From an uncultured Bacteroidales bacterium (lineage in GTDB: Bacteria > Bacteroidota > Bacteroidia > Bacteroidales > CAIWKO01): a stretch of DNA of 34,110 nt. The position numbers were made by a program, and so were the translations under genes. Below, piece by piece: positions 24,233 through 34,065 of the stretch (positions within the stretch are counted from its first letter, which is position 1; each line of letters starts with the position of its first letter). The notes under the pieces are model-generated. The model worked only from the letters and a program-made list of their open reading frames with translations. It ran no database searches and was not told where the DNA came from. The stretch is taken from positions 1-34,110 of the forward strand of contig CAZELC010000001.1 of assembly GCA_964512865.1 (NCBI GenBank), read 5' to 3'.

Positions 24233-24814
24233 CTATTCGGTAATGTTAAAATAATTGCAAACCTGTTTATAACTCATTGCTTTAAGTTCGGCATTTGTAA
24301 TTTTTGCTCCGCTTAACGGCACTCCACCCGGAATAATTATATAACGGAAAGCATTTGTCGTCGGGGTTCCTGTAAAAACGCCCGGGTCATTATTATCATC
24401 AATATTATAGAGTAATATTTGAAGAGCTCCTTTTGAAACCCTAAAACCTACGTATTGATTAACAAATGCAGTAAGTCCGTAAAAATTCATTGGCAACTGA
24501 GAAGTTTGGGTATTTCCAACAGTTTTAAAATATACCAGAATTGCAGCACTATCAACAACCTTTTGTGTTATCGCACTGATTGAATCAGTATAAATCCTCA
24601 TTGTTTTACCCCATTCTGTAACTGAAGTGGCACTCCATTTAGCAGCATCAAATCCTATCCATTGCGAGTATATAACATTTGCTGTTCCCGGATTGCCATT
24701 ATCACCAGCAGGACCGGCAGGGCCAGCGGGACCGGCAGGACCAGTTTCTTTTTTACAAGATATTGCTACTATTGTAATCAGAAGCAGCATAGAAAATAAT
24801 TTTAACGTTTTCAT
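24233..24814 (-). CDS. Lipoprotein with short collagen-like G-X-Y repeat
   Basis: 193 aa with lipobox 'VAISC', then 'GPAGPAGPAGPAGDNGNPG', then a globular C-terminal domain. Confidence 0.8.
   Translation of the reverse strand: MKTLKLFSMLLLITIVAISCKKETGPAGPAGPAGPAGDNGNPGTANVIYSQWIGFDAAKWSATSVTEWGKTMRIYTDSISAITQKVVDSAAILVYFKTVGNTQTSQLPMNFYGLTAFVNQYVGFRVSKGALQILLYNIDDNNDPGVFTGTPTTNAFRYIIIPGGVPLSGAKITNAELKAMSYKQVCNYFNITE
24705..24742. repeat. Four tandem 9-nt units encoding (GPA)n
   Basis: CCAGCAGGA CCGGCAGGG CCAGCGGGA CCGGCAGGA on the plus strand, which is GPAGPAGPAGPAG on the minus strand. Confidence 0.85.
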
Positions 24815-24849
24815 AATAAAAGGTTTTAAATTAATTATTTATTTCGGTA

Positions 24850-24857
24850 CAAATATA
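24850..24857 (-). promoter_or_regulatory. -7 box TAtaTTTG (minus strand) for the collagen-like gene
   Basis: Plus-strand CAAATATA is TATATTTG on the minus strand, 36 nt upstream of the start at 24814. Confidence 0.4.
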
Positions 24858-25069
24858 CCTAATTAAATATTGTTTTGTCAAGCTTTATTTTTCATTTTTT
24901 TTAAAAAACAGTTAAACACTTAATCATATTTGCGAAAATCTGCCATTAATATTTTGATAAACAGGCAGTTTTAAACTCATAAAAATTTACGGGAAAGGCA
25001 ATCTTAATGCTTTTTAAGAGATATTCGGAGATAAAAAGGAAGGAAATAATGATTATAAATAAAAAATAT

Positions 25070-25077
25070 TATCTTTG
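25070..25077 (+). promoter_or_regulatory. -7 box TAtcTTTG upstream of tRNA-Leu
   Basis: TATCTTTG lies 18 nt upstream of the tRNA 5' end. Confidence 0.45.
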
Positions 25078-25094
25078 CCAACTAATTAAGCCAT

Positions 25095-25178
25095 GCCCGA
25101 GTGGCGGAACTGGTAGACGCGCTGGTCTCAAAAACCAGTGAGGTTACACTCGTGCCGGTTCGATTCCGGCCTCGGGTA
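25095..25178 (+). tRNA. tRNA-Leu (anticodon CAA), class II with long variable arm
   Basis: Hand fold: acceptor GCCCGAG/CTCGGGT (G1-U72 wobble), anticodon stem CTGGT/ACCAG with loop CTCAAAA (anticodon CAA), a variable arm containing a GAG/CTC stem, T arm GCCGG-TTCGATT-CCGGC, and discriminator A. No encoded CCA. Confidence 0.92.
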
Positions 25179-25181
25179 CAA

Positions 25182-25219
25182 ACAGAAGTGAGAGTGCAAG
25201 CACTCTCACTTCTGTTTCT
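25182..25219 (+). terminator. Rho-independent terminator after tRNA-Leu
   Basis: Perfect 15-bp stem ACAGAAGTGAGAGTG/CACTCTCACTTCTGT (25182-25196 and 25201-25215) with loop CAAG, followed by TTTC. Confidence 0.8.
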
Positions 25220-25385
25220 AAGTACTAGCTCTCCAACTCACTCTTCTGATTCAGTAATGTTTTCCATCACTGTAAAGCTGTTTTTTTGGATTTTAGCAAA
25301 AACTCTCACGCGCTTATCAATTAAGAAACCCAACCGAAGGCAATAACCATATATTCAAAACTTGCCATTTTATTATAAATCACCG

Positions 25386-25393
25386 TATATTTG
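25386..25393 (+). promoter_or_regulatory. -7 box TAtaTTTG upstream of the Nramp gene
   Basis: TATATTTG lies 26 nt upstream of the GTG start at 25419. Confidence 0.4.
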
Positions 25394-25418
25394 CCATGTA
25401 TAACAAATAACCCTTTTT

Positions 25419-26669
25419 GTGTTTTTAGGAAAGGATAAGACAAAACCGCGATTTGGAGCGCTTGATATACTGAAGTATATTGGTCCGGGACTGCTTGTTA
25501 CTGTCGGATTTATTGATCCGGGAAACTGGGCTTCCAACCTTGCAGCGGGCTCCGGCTTTGGTTACTCTATTCTTTGGATTATTACCCTTGGGACGATAAT
25601 TCTTATTGTTTTACAGCATAATGCTGCTCATTTAGGAATTGCCTCCGGTCTTTGTCTTGCAGAAGCCGCTAATAAACACATAAAAAACCCATGGTCGAAA
25701 ATATTGCTTTCAACCGGAATGCTTGCTTCTGTTTCAACATCAATGGCCGAAATGCTTGGAACCGCTATAGCTCTTAATATGCTTTTTCATATCCCGATAG
25801 TTGCCGGAGCCATTCTTACTCTATTATTTGTTGTTATCATGCTTTTTACAAACTCATATCGTATAATCGAAAAATGGATTATTGGGTTTGTGGCAATAAT
25901 AGGATTATCGTTTATCTATGAATTATCGCTGGTTAATATCGATTGGGCTACTGCTTCCGTTTCGTTTGTAAAACCAAGTTTTCCGAAAGGATCAATGATT
26001 ATTATTATGAGTGTTCTTGGTGCCGTAGTAATGCCTCATAATCTTTTCCTTCACTCCGAAGTAATCCAAAGTCGTCAATGGAACTTGAAAGATGATGAAC
26101 AAATTAAAAGACAGTTAAAATATGAATTTATTGATACGATAGTATCGATGTTAGCCGGTTGGGCAATAAACTGCGCAATAATACTTCTTGCCGCCTCAAC
26201 TTTTTTTGGTAACGGTTTTATTGTTAAAGAACTACAGGACGCAAAAAACTTACTTGAGCCTTTACTTGGAAATAATGCAGGAATTGTATTTGCCATAGCT
26301 TTACTTTTTGCAGGAATTGCCTCTACAATAACTTCCGGTTTTGCGGCAGGAACTATTTTCGCAGGCATGAGCAACGAACCTTTTGATATAAAAGACAAAC
26401 ATTCACGATTCGGAGTAGTATTATCATTTTTAGGCGCTTTATTTATTATTGTTTTGGTAAAAGATGCTTTTAATGCACTTATTTTATCCCAAATGATGCT
26501 AAGTATTCAACTCCCAATCACTATTTTTCTTCAGATATATCTTACTTCTTCAAAAAAAGTTATGGGAAAATATAAAAACAATTTATTTACAAAAATCACA
26601 TTGTTTTCTATTGCTGCAATTGTAAGCGCACTAAACTTATATTTATTTTTCACTATATTCTTTGAATAA
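25419..26669 (+). CDS. mntH: Nramp-family divalent metal (Mn2+/Fe2+) transporter
   Basis: 416 aa, polytopic. Carries the Nramp signature 'GPGLLVTVGFIDPGNWASNLAAGSGFGYSILW' and 'MPHNLFLHSE'. The start is GTG. Confidence 0.9.
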   Translation: MFLGKDKTKPRFGALDILKYIGPGLLVTVGFIDPGNWASNLAAGSGFGYSILWIITLGTIILIVLQHNAAHLGIASGLCLAEAANKHIKNPWSKILLSTGMLASVSTSMAEMLGTAIALNMLFHIPIVAGAILTLLFVVIMLFTNSYRIIEKWIIGFVAIIGLSFIYELSLVNIDWATASVSFVKPSFPKGSMIIIMSVLGAVVMPHNLFLHSEVIQSRQWNLKDDEQIKRQLKYEFIDTIVSMLAGWAINCAIILLAASTFFGNGFIVKELQDAKNLLEPLLGNNAGIVFAIALLFAGIASTITSGFAAGTIFAGMSNEPFDIKDKHSRFGVVLSFLGALFIIVLVKDAFNALILSQMMLSIQLPITIFLQIYLTSSKKVMGKYKNNLFTKITLFSIAAIVSALNLYLFFTIFFE

Positions 26670-26672
26670 ATT

Positions 26673-27140
26673 ATGATGATTAAAAAAAGAAGACCGATTA
26701 GTTTTTATTTACTTGTTTTTTTGGTGATATTTTTAGCCTTAGGTGGTCTTTATGGCGGTTTAGGCCTTGTGATAAAACCTGATGGCAGCATTTTGCAAAT
26801 GTCTATTACATTTCTTGAAGGAACACCATTTCACAATTATCTTTTTCCCGGCTTAATACTTTTATTTTTTATGGGGATATTTCCGTCTTTTCTTATTTAT
26901 CCATTATTTGCCAAACCCGATTGGAAATGGGCAGGTTTTCTAAATATTTATAAAAATATGCATTGGTCGTGGACCTATTCTCTTTACAGCGGTATTATAC
27001 TGGTGTTGTGGATGGACTTCCAGTTAATGTTAATAGGATATGGTGCTGCAATACAAACTGTTTTTTCGTTTTACGGGATAATATTGATAATTGTAAGCCT
27101 ACTGCCATCTTTAAAAAATTTTTATAATTTAAATAAGTAA
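26673..27140 (+). CDS. Hypothetical 4-TM membrane protein
   Basis: 155 aa with four hydrophobic segments. It starts 3 nt after the mntH stop. No recognisable motif. Confidence 0.65.
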   Translation: MMIKKRRPISFYLLVFLVIFLALGGLYGGLGLVIKPDGSILQMSITFLEGTPFHNYLFPGLILLFFMGIFPSFLIYPLFAKPDWKWAGFLNIYKNMHWSWTYSLYSGIILVLWMDFQLMLIGYGAAIQTVFSFYGIILIIVSLLPSLKNFYNLNK

Positions 27141-27150
27141 TTCGTTTTTA

Positions 27151-28566
27151 ATGAAAGAACAAAACAAGGGAAAAACAAGTCTTGCACAAAAATTATTTGT
27201 TTATTATCTGATACTTAGCATTATTACAATACTTATTCTTAGTTGTTATTCATATTTTACTGCTAATAAAGCCCTTATTTCCAGAACTTATGAGCAGTTA
27301 ACATCAGTAAGATTTGAAAAAATACAAAGTCTCGAAAGATATTTCGCCAATTTGAAAAAAGATTCAGACTCTTCAAATAAAATAAAAAAAGAAGATTTAA
27401 ATTCCTTGATGTTTAACACTAATCCGTTAAACGGTCTTGGTAAAACCGGTGAAGCCTATATAGTTGATGAAAACTATACAATGCTAACAAGTTCAAGATT
27501 TACAGATAATACAGCTTCAAAAATTACAGTTAAAACAAAAGGCATAACAGAAGCACTTGCCGGAAAGTCGGGTGTAAGTGAATATAAAGATTACCGCGAT
27601 ATTATGGTTTTCGGTTCATACTCAGCTATTGAATTAAACAGGCATAAATATGCTGTTGTTGCAGAAATTGATGTCAGAGAAGCGATGATTCCAATTTATA
27701 ATTTAAGAAACAGTATTATAATCTTAAGCATAATAATAGCTCTTTTAATTTTTGGAATTGTTTTTATTTTATCAAGAAGAATTTCATCACCCGTAATTAA
27801 GCTTAAGCAGGCAGCCGAAAGCATTTCAAACGGTAATTATGATACTTTTATCGAAAACACCTCAAGTGATGAAATTGGCGATCTTACTGAAGCTTTTAAT
27901 AAAATGGCTAAAAAACTTAAAATACAAACATCCGAACTTAAAGAAGAAAAATCAAAAAGAATTACATCGGTAATCGACGGACAAGAGCAGGAAAGACAAC
28001 GATTGTCAAGAGAACTTCATGATGGACTTGGGCAGTACATTCTTGCCATAAAAATGAAGCTTGAAAGAGCTGAAAATGCTTCTGCTGAGCTTAAAACCCA
28101 AATAATTGAAGAAGCCAAAAATCTTTTGGTAATTACATCTAAAGAAATTATCAGTATATCTGAAAACCTTGCTCCACCGGTGCTTTCCGAATTTGGCCTT
28201 GTTTCAGCTATTGAAAATCTTTGCGAAGAAGTTAAAAATAATACTGGAATAATTATTAATCTCAGTTACTCCGATGCGCCTGACAAATGTGATGAAAAAG
28301 TTAAAATATATCTTTACAGAATTATCCAGGAAGCTTTAAACAATATAATAAAGCATTCAAAAGCAACACAAGCAGATATTATAATTAAATTTGACGAGAA
28401 AATATTGCTTGACATTTCGGATAACGGAATTGGATTTATTTATGATGAATCAAAAAAAACCGGAAACGGAATTTTCAATATGCGTGACCGTACCGAATTG
28501 TTAGGAGGAACTTTTAAAATAAATACTGCTCCTGGCAAAGGAACAATAATAGAGATAATACTTTAA
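27151..28566 (+). CDS. Sensor histidine kinase, HisKA_3 (NarX/DegS-like) with extracytoplasmic sensor and HAMP
   Basis: TM1 'LFVYYLILSIITILILSCYSYF', a ~150-aa periplasmic Cache-like region, then TM2 and HAMP ('SSPVIKLKQAAESISNGNYD...DEIGDLTEAFNKM'). H-box 'ERQRLSRELHDGLGQ'. ATPase motifs 'EALNNIIKHS', 'DNGIGF' and 'GGTFKINTAPGKGT'. Confidence 0.9.
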   Translation: MKEQNKGKTSLAQKLFVYYLILSIITILILSCYSYFTANKALISRTYEQLTSVRFEKIQSLERYFANLKKDSDSSNKIKKEDLNSLMFNTNPLNGLGKTGEAYIVDENYTMLTSSRFTDNTASKITVKTKGITEALAGKSGVSEYKDYRDIMVFGSYSAIELNRHKYAVVAEIDVREAMIPIYNLRNSIIILSIIIALLIFGIVFILSRRISSPVIKLKQAAESISNGNYDTFIENTSSDEIGDLTEAFNKMAKKLKIQTSELKEEKSKRITSVIDGQEQERQRLSRELHDGLGQYILAIKMKLERAENASAELKTQIIEEAKNLLVITSKEIISISENLAPPVLSEFGLVSAIENLCEEVKNNTGIIINLSYSDAPDKCDEKVKIYLYRIIQEALNNIIKHSKATQADIIIKFDEKILLDISDNGIGFIYDESKKTGNGIFNMRDRTELLGGTFKINTAPGKGTIIEIIL

Positions 28567-28568
28567 AA

Positions 28569-29228
28569 ATGAATAAAATCAAAGTTATTCTTGCCGATGA
28601 CCACCAGATTTTCAGAGATGGAATAAAATCCCTTCTCTCTGATGAAGGTAATATTGATGTTATTGCCGAGGCATCTAACAGCGATGAGGTGTTAAGCCTT
28701 CTGGTTGTATTAAAACCTGACGTTCTGGTACTTGACATTACAATGCCTAAAATCAGCGGAATAGAGCTTACTAAAATAATTACCGGACAATATCCTGATA
28801 TTAAAATTCTTATCCTGTCAATGCACAAAAACGAAGATTTTGTTGTAAACGGAATGATAAACGGAGCAAAAGGTTATTTACCAAAAGATACTTCACGTAA
28901 AGAGCTTCTTGACGCAATTAACTCTATAGCCGAAGGCGAAGAATACCTTGGCAAACTTATTTCTTCATCAATTTTAAAGAGTTATATTAAAAAATCGCAA
29001 ACAAAATTTGATCGCCTCGATAAGAATGAAACACTTACAAACAGGGAAGTTGAAATAATACAACTTGTAGGTAAAGGGCTGATGAACAAAGAAATAGCCG
29101 ACCAGTTAAACATAAGTGTCCGCACAGTCGACAGTCATAAAAATCACATTATGGGCAAGTTAAGACTGAAAACCACAGCCGAGCTTATTATTTATGGTAT
29201 CAAAAATAAAATTATTGATATTGGCTGA
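28569..29228 (+). CDS. Response regulator, NarL/FixJ family (receiver plus LuxR HTH)
   Basis: 'KVILADDHQIFRDG', 'DVLVLDITMP' and 'YLPKD', with HTH 'LTNREVEIIQLVGKGLMNKEIADQLNISVRTVDSHKNHI'. It starts 2 nt after the kinase stop. Confidence 0.92.
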   Translation: MNKIKVILADDHQIFRDGIKSLLSDEGNIDVIAEASNSDEVLSLLVVLKPDVLVLDITMPKISGIELTKIITGQYPDIKILILSMHKNEDFVVNGMINGAKGYLPKDTSRKELLDAINSIAEGEEYLGKLISSSILKSYIKKSQTKFDRLDKNETLTNREVEIIQLVGKGLMNKEIADQLNISVRTVDSHKNHIMGKLRLKTTAELIIYGIKNKIIDIG

Positions 29229-29943
29229 ATCTGTTAATTTAACTTCAGAAAATAAAATTTTTATACATAAACTCTTGGGATTCAGAGTCAATTCTTATCT
29301 GGTTGGGAATAAAAACAATTATATTCTTATTGATACCGGTTATCGCGGAAGCAAATCTACCATTCTCAGATCACTTAAAAAGCTGAACATCTGTCTGGAG
29401 GAAATTAAATATATCGTTTTAACTCATACTCACTTCGACCATTCTTTTAACACCGCTTATTTTAAAAAACATACCGGAGCAAAGGTCATTGTTCATAGCT
29501 CAGAAGCTGATTGTTTACTAAAAGGCCGAACTAAAATTCCTGCAGGCACAAACCAGTATTCAAAATTTACATCTTTTCTTGGAGATAAAATTTTCACAAT
29601 AATTAAAAGAATTCCTTCATGCGAACCCGAAATTATTATTGACGAAAAAATGCAGCTTGAACATAACAATTTAAAAATCACCGTTTTCTCAACTCCTGGT
29701 CACTCTTCAGGTTCATTAAGTATTACCATAAATGATAGGTACGCATTTGTTGGTGATACTTTATTTGGCGTCTTTAAAAATGATATTTTTCCACCTTTTG
29801 CCGATGATACAAATGAAATGATGAACAGCTGGAATAAACTGGCTAAAACAGAATGCTCCGTTTTTTACCCGGGACACGGAAAAACCATAAAAATAGACAG
29901 GTTGATAAAAAATATTCAAGTCAATATATCCCGAAATCAATAG
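29194..29943 (+). CDS. MBL-fold metallo-hydrolase
   Basis: 'ILIDTGY', 'VLTHTHFDHSFN' (HxHxDH), 'TPGHSSGS' and 'YPGHG'. The listed ATG overlaps the regulator gene by 35 nt, so the true start is uncertain. Confidence 0.8.
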   Translation: MVSKIKLLILAESVNLTSENKIFIHKLLGFRVNSYLVGNKNNYILIDTGYRGSKSTILRSLKKLNICLEEIKYIVLTHTHFDHSFNTAYFKKHTGAKVIVHSSEADCLLKGRTKIPAGTNQYSKFTSFLGDKIFTIIKRIPSCEPEIIIDEKMQLEHNNLKITVFSTPGHSSGSLSITINDRYAFVGDTLFGVFKNDIFPPFADDTNEMMNSWNKLAKTECSVFYPGHGKTIKIDRLIKNIQVNISRNQ

Positions 29944-30021
29944 GTAAATTACCTATTTCTAAGCATTATTCCGTAATAAAATTACGCCTAATTCCTTATA
30001 CTCAATAATTTCTGTGTTAGA

Positions 30022-30029
30022 TAATTTTG
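30022..30029 (+). promoter_or_regulatory. -7 box TAatTTTG upstream of the porin-like gene and amt
   Basis: TAATTTTG lies 31 nt upstream of the ATG at 30060. Confidence 0.4.
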
Positions 30030-30059
30030 TTGACATTAAAATTGTTAAACCAAAATTAA

Positions 30060-30887
30060 ATGAATAAGATTTTATTTTCTATTACGTTGTTGTTAGCTCT
30101 TGTAATGTTTCAGGCAGGTTTTTCACAGGAAAAAAAATGTAATATACCATTTAAACTGAACGTTGGAGCTGATTTAATGAGCAGATACGTCTGGCGTGGG
30201 ATGGATTACGGTAGTTCGCCAAGTATACAACCAACACTATCTTTTGGTATTGGAGATTTTGAAATCGGGTACTGGGGTGCAATAGCGGTTACCACAAATT
30301 ACCTTGAGTCAGATCTTTACGCAAAATATACTTATAAAGGATTTTCAGTAGCTGTAACCGATTATTATATTCCTGCCTTAGCGACAGAATTTAATGATAC
30401 AAGATATTCCTACTGTTATTCAAAAAATAAAATTGATTTTGACACAACAACAGGTCTTTCGTTAAATAAGTTTACGACACATTCAATTGAAGCATCTTTA
30501 CAATACAAAGGGCCTGAGAAATTTCCAATAAGTATTTTGGTCGCCACTTATGTGTATGGAAATGACAAAACGCCTCAGGATACAATCTTTACTCCGTCAA
30601 AACTCGTTCAGGCGGTAAATTTTAAAAACAGGTATTCAACTTATATTGAACTTGGTTATTCTTTTGCCGTTAAAACTTTCAATTTTGATGTTTTTGTTGG
30701 TGCTACACCGTTTTCAAGTGTATACAGCACACCGGCTTATGAAGGTAATTTTGCTGTAATAAACACAGGTATCACCGGATATAGGAAAATTAAAATCACT
30801 GATAATTTCGAGCTGCCTTTAAAAGCATCAGCAATTTTTAACCCTCAGCAATCAAGTTTTTATTTTGTATTTGGATTAACACTTTAA
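30060..30887 (+). CDS. Outer-membrane beta-barrel (porin-like) protein co-transcribed with amt
   Basis: 275 aa with signal peptide 'MNKILFSITLLLALVMFQAGFSQ', alternating amphipathic strands and many aromatic girdle residues. It lies 44 nt upstream of amt. Confidence 0.7.
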   Translation: MNKILFSITLLLALVMFQAGFSQEKKCNIPFKLNVGADLMSRYVWRGMDYGSSPSIQPTLSFGIGDFEIGYWGAIAVTTNYLESDLYAKYTYKGFSVAVTDYYIPALATEFNDTRYSYCYSKNKIDFDTTTGLSLNKFTTHSIEASLQYKGPEKFPISILVATYVYGNDKTPQDTIFTPSKLVQAVNFKNRYSTYIELGYSFAVKTFNFDVFVGATPFSSVYSTPAYEGNFAVINTGITGYRKIKITDNFELPLKASAIFNPQQSSFYFVFGLTL

Positions 30888-30931
30888 CATACTGTTTTAC
30901 AATTTATTAATTAATTATAGGAGATAATTTT

Positions 30932-32146
30932 ATGGATACTGGTTCAACCGGTTTTATGCTGCTTGCATGCAGTTTAGTAATGCTAATGACGCCCGGCCTT
31001 GCGTTTTTTTATGGTGGTTTGGCTACCAAGAGGAATATTCTTGGAATTATGATTCAGAGTTTTGCTTCTCTGGGATGGACAACAGTTTTATGGGTGGTTT
31101 TTGGTTATTCACTATGTTTCAGCGGTGGTACAGGAGGAATAATAGGTAATTTCGACAAGGTATTTCTTGCCGGCGTTGGAATGGACTCAATGTATACCAA
31201 CGGGAAAATTCCTGAATTTGTGTTTATTGCTTATCAGATGATGTTTGCAATTATTACACCTGCCCTTATTACCGGCGCTTTTGCTAACAGGGTTAATTTC
31301 AAGGCATATATGATTTTCTTAACCTTCTGGCAAATACTTGTTTACTATCCTTTTGTTCACATGATTTGGGGCGGCGGATTATTAGCACAGTGGGGCGTTG
31401 TTGATTTTGCCGGTGGTATTGTTGTTCATGCAACTGCAGGTTTTGCGGCACTTGCTTCAGTAATGTATGTTGGTGCACGTGTTGAGAAAAACAATACTCC
31501 AAACAGTATCCCGCTTGTGGCTATCGGAAGTGGTCTTTTATGGTTCGGATGGTATGGTTTTAACGCAGGCAGTGAAGTAGCTGTGGATTTTATCACTTCA
31601 CTCGCGTTTTTAAATACTGATATAGCTGCGTCTTTTGCAACTGTTGCATGGGTTATTATTGAATGGTCAAGGGAAAGAAAGCCAAAATTTGTCGGACTAC
31701 TTACTGGTTCGATAGCTGGTCTTGCAACCATAACACCTTGTGCCGGCTTTGTTCCATTATGGGCATCACCAATTATCGGTACTGTAGCAGGAATTGTTTG
31801 TTATCTGGCCGTTCAGTTTAAGAATAAAATGAAATGGGATGATGCACTTGATGTATGGGGTGTTCACGGAATAGGTGGCGTTTTGGGAACCATTCTTCTC
31901 GGAGTTTTTGCATACAAATCTGTTAATGGTGCAGGATCAGATGGTTTACTTCTCGGAGGTACCGGGTTTTTTGCAAAAGAGCTTATTGCTGTGGTAATTG
32001 CATCTGCTTATGCTTTTATTTTTACTTATATAATGCTTATTTTAATTAATCTGTTAACCCCGGTGCGAGTTTCTGAAGAACATGAAAAATCAGGACTTGA
32101 TGTTGCGCTTCACGGTGAACAGGCTTACGACTCCGGCTCCTTGTGA
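30932..32146 (+). CDS. amt: Ammonium transporter
   Basis: 404 aa, polytopic. Motifs are 'MTPGLAFFYGG', 'DFAGGIVVHATAG' and 'DALDVWGVHGIGG' (twin-His). Confidence 0.93.
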   Translation: MDTGSTGFMLLACSLVMLMTPGLAFFYGGLATKRNILGIMIQSFASLGWTTVLWVVFGYSLCFSGGTGGIIGNFDKVFLAGVGMDSMYTNGKIPEFVFIAYQMMFAIITPALITGAFANRVNFKAYMIFLTFWQILVYYPFVHMIWGGGLLAQWGVVDFAGGIVVHATAGFAALASVMYVGARVEKNNTPNSIPLVAIGSGLLWFGWYGFNAGSEVAVDFITSLAFLNTDIAASFATVAWVIIEWSRERKPKFVGLLTGSIAGLATITPCAGFVPLWASPIIGTVAGIVCYLAVQFKNKMKWDDALDVWGVHGIGGVLGTILLGVFAYKSVNGAGSDGLLLGGTGFFAKELIAVVIASAYAFIFTYIMLILINLLTPVRVSEEHEKSGLDVALHGEQAYDSGSL

Positions 32147-32171
32147 TTTACACTGAATATTAATTAGTTAA

Positions 32172-32205
32172 AAAACCTGCTTAGTAATTTTGGCGGGTTT
32201 TTTTA
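32172..32205 (+). terminator. Rho-independent terminator after amt
   Basis: AAAACCTGC (32172-32180) pairs with GCGGGTTTT (32193-32201) with one G-U pair and a 12-nt loop, followed by a T-run. Confidence 0.65.
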
Positions 32206-32249
32206 TTAATAAATTACATGATTTATTCAAATGGTATCGAAATCTTTTC

Positions 32250-32257
32250 TAAGTTTG
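32250..32257 (+). promoter_or_regulatory. -7 box TAagTTTG upstream of gap
   Basis: TAAGTTTG lies 25 nt upstream of the ATG at 32282. Confidence 0.45.
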
Positions 32258-32269
32258 CATAAACATTAA

Positions 32270-33289
<1,020 letters not shown>

Positions 33290-33311
33290 TTTATCAAAAA
33301 CACTAAAACTT

Positions 33312-33348
33312 AAGCCGATGCGAAGTTATTCACATCGGCTTTGTTTTT
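33312..33348 (+). terminator. Rho-independent terminator after gap
   Basis: Stem AAGCCGATG/CATCGGCTT (33312-33320 and 33333-33341) with a 12-nt loop, then TGTTTTT. Confidence 0.75.
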
Positions 33349-33421
33349 AAATAATTACTCCGTGCTTGATTTCAATCGTCAATATATTTATATTTACCAA
33401 AATTAATTAAACCCAATAAAT

Positions 33422-34048
33422 ATGAAAAAAATTTATCTTATGGCGATGCCGTTGCTGCTATTCGCAACTATTTCTTTTACATCTTGCCAGAAATTGATCT
33501 CAAGCGATGATGTTGTTGCTACTTATCACAACCCAAATATCGCTTTTTCGGGCTATAAAACTTATGCCATGCCGGATTCTGTTGTTCTTGTCGGAGATAT
33601 GTCAGGACAAGCAACATTAAACCTAAAATATCAGGCACAAGTGCTGAATTCAATTAACAGCAATATGAGTTCTATTGGCTATGTTAAAAAAGCTAACAAA
33701 GATTCTGTTGATCTGATTATCCTCCCAACTATTGTTATCAGTTCACAACCTTATGCTGTTAACAGTGGCTATTCAATTAGCTCATACTGGGGATGGTACG
33801 AACCCGACTGGGATTTTGATTGGGGATGGGATTACGGATGGGATGTTGGAACATACACTTATGAAACAGGAACTATCCTTATTCAAATGATTGATCAAAA
33901 AAACCCCGGAAATAACAGCAAAAAGCTAAACAGTATTTGGGCTGCTTATATTAACGGTATCATTTACAATAATGAAAATATTACTGCCGCAATAAGCAAA
34001 GATATTAATCAGGCTTTTGAACAATCACAATATTTGGTAATAAATTAA
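33422..34048 (+). CDS. Lipoprotein, DUF4136-like, with W/D/G-rich segment
   Basis: Lipobox 'ISFTSC' and an unusual 'YWGWYEPDWDFDWGWDYGWDVG' stretch. The family assignment is from memory of DUF4136-type lipoproteins and was not searched. Confidence 0.7.
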   Translation: MKKIYLMAMPLLLFATISFTSCQKLISSDDVVATYHNPNIAFSGYKTYAMPDSVVLVGDMSGQATLNLKYQAQVLNSINSNMSSIGYVKKANKDSVDLIILPTIVISSQPYAVNSGYSISSYWGWYEPDWDFDWGWDYGWDVGTYTYETGTILIQMIDQKNPGNNSKKLNSIWAAYINGIIYNNENITAAISKDINQAFEQSQYLVIN

Positions 34049-34065
34049 TTAACACCTATCAAAAT

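Noticed and set aside
19172-25178. tRNA-Leu-associated genomic island.
   Set aside because: No integrase, excisionase or mobility gene is present, and I could see no direct repeat of the tRNA 3' end. The accessory region also lies on the 5' side of the tRNA, not the usual 3' side.
25101-25346. Listed 81-aa ORF.
   Set aside because: It starts inside tRNA-Leu and reads through the tRNA and its terminator hairpin, so it is an artefact.
25220-25418. Mn-sensing yybP-ykoY riboswitch or other leader element upstream of the Nramp gene.
   Set aside because: The leader is AT-rich and lacks the conserved GC-rich four-way-junction wording. Only a -7 promoter box is evident. An Rfam scan would settle this.
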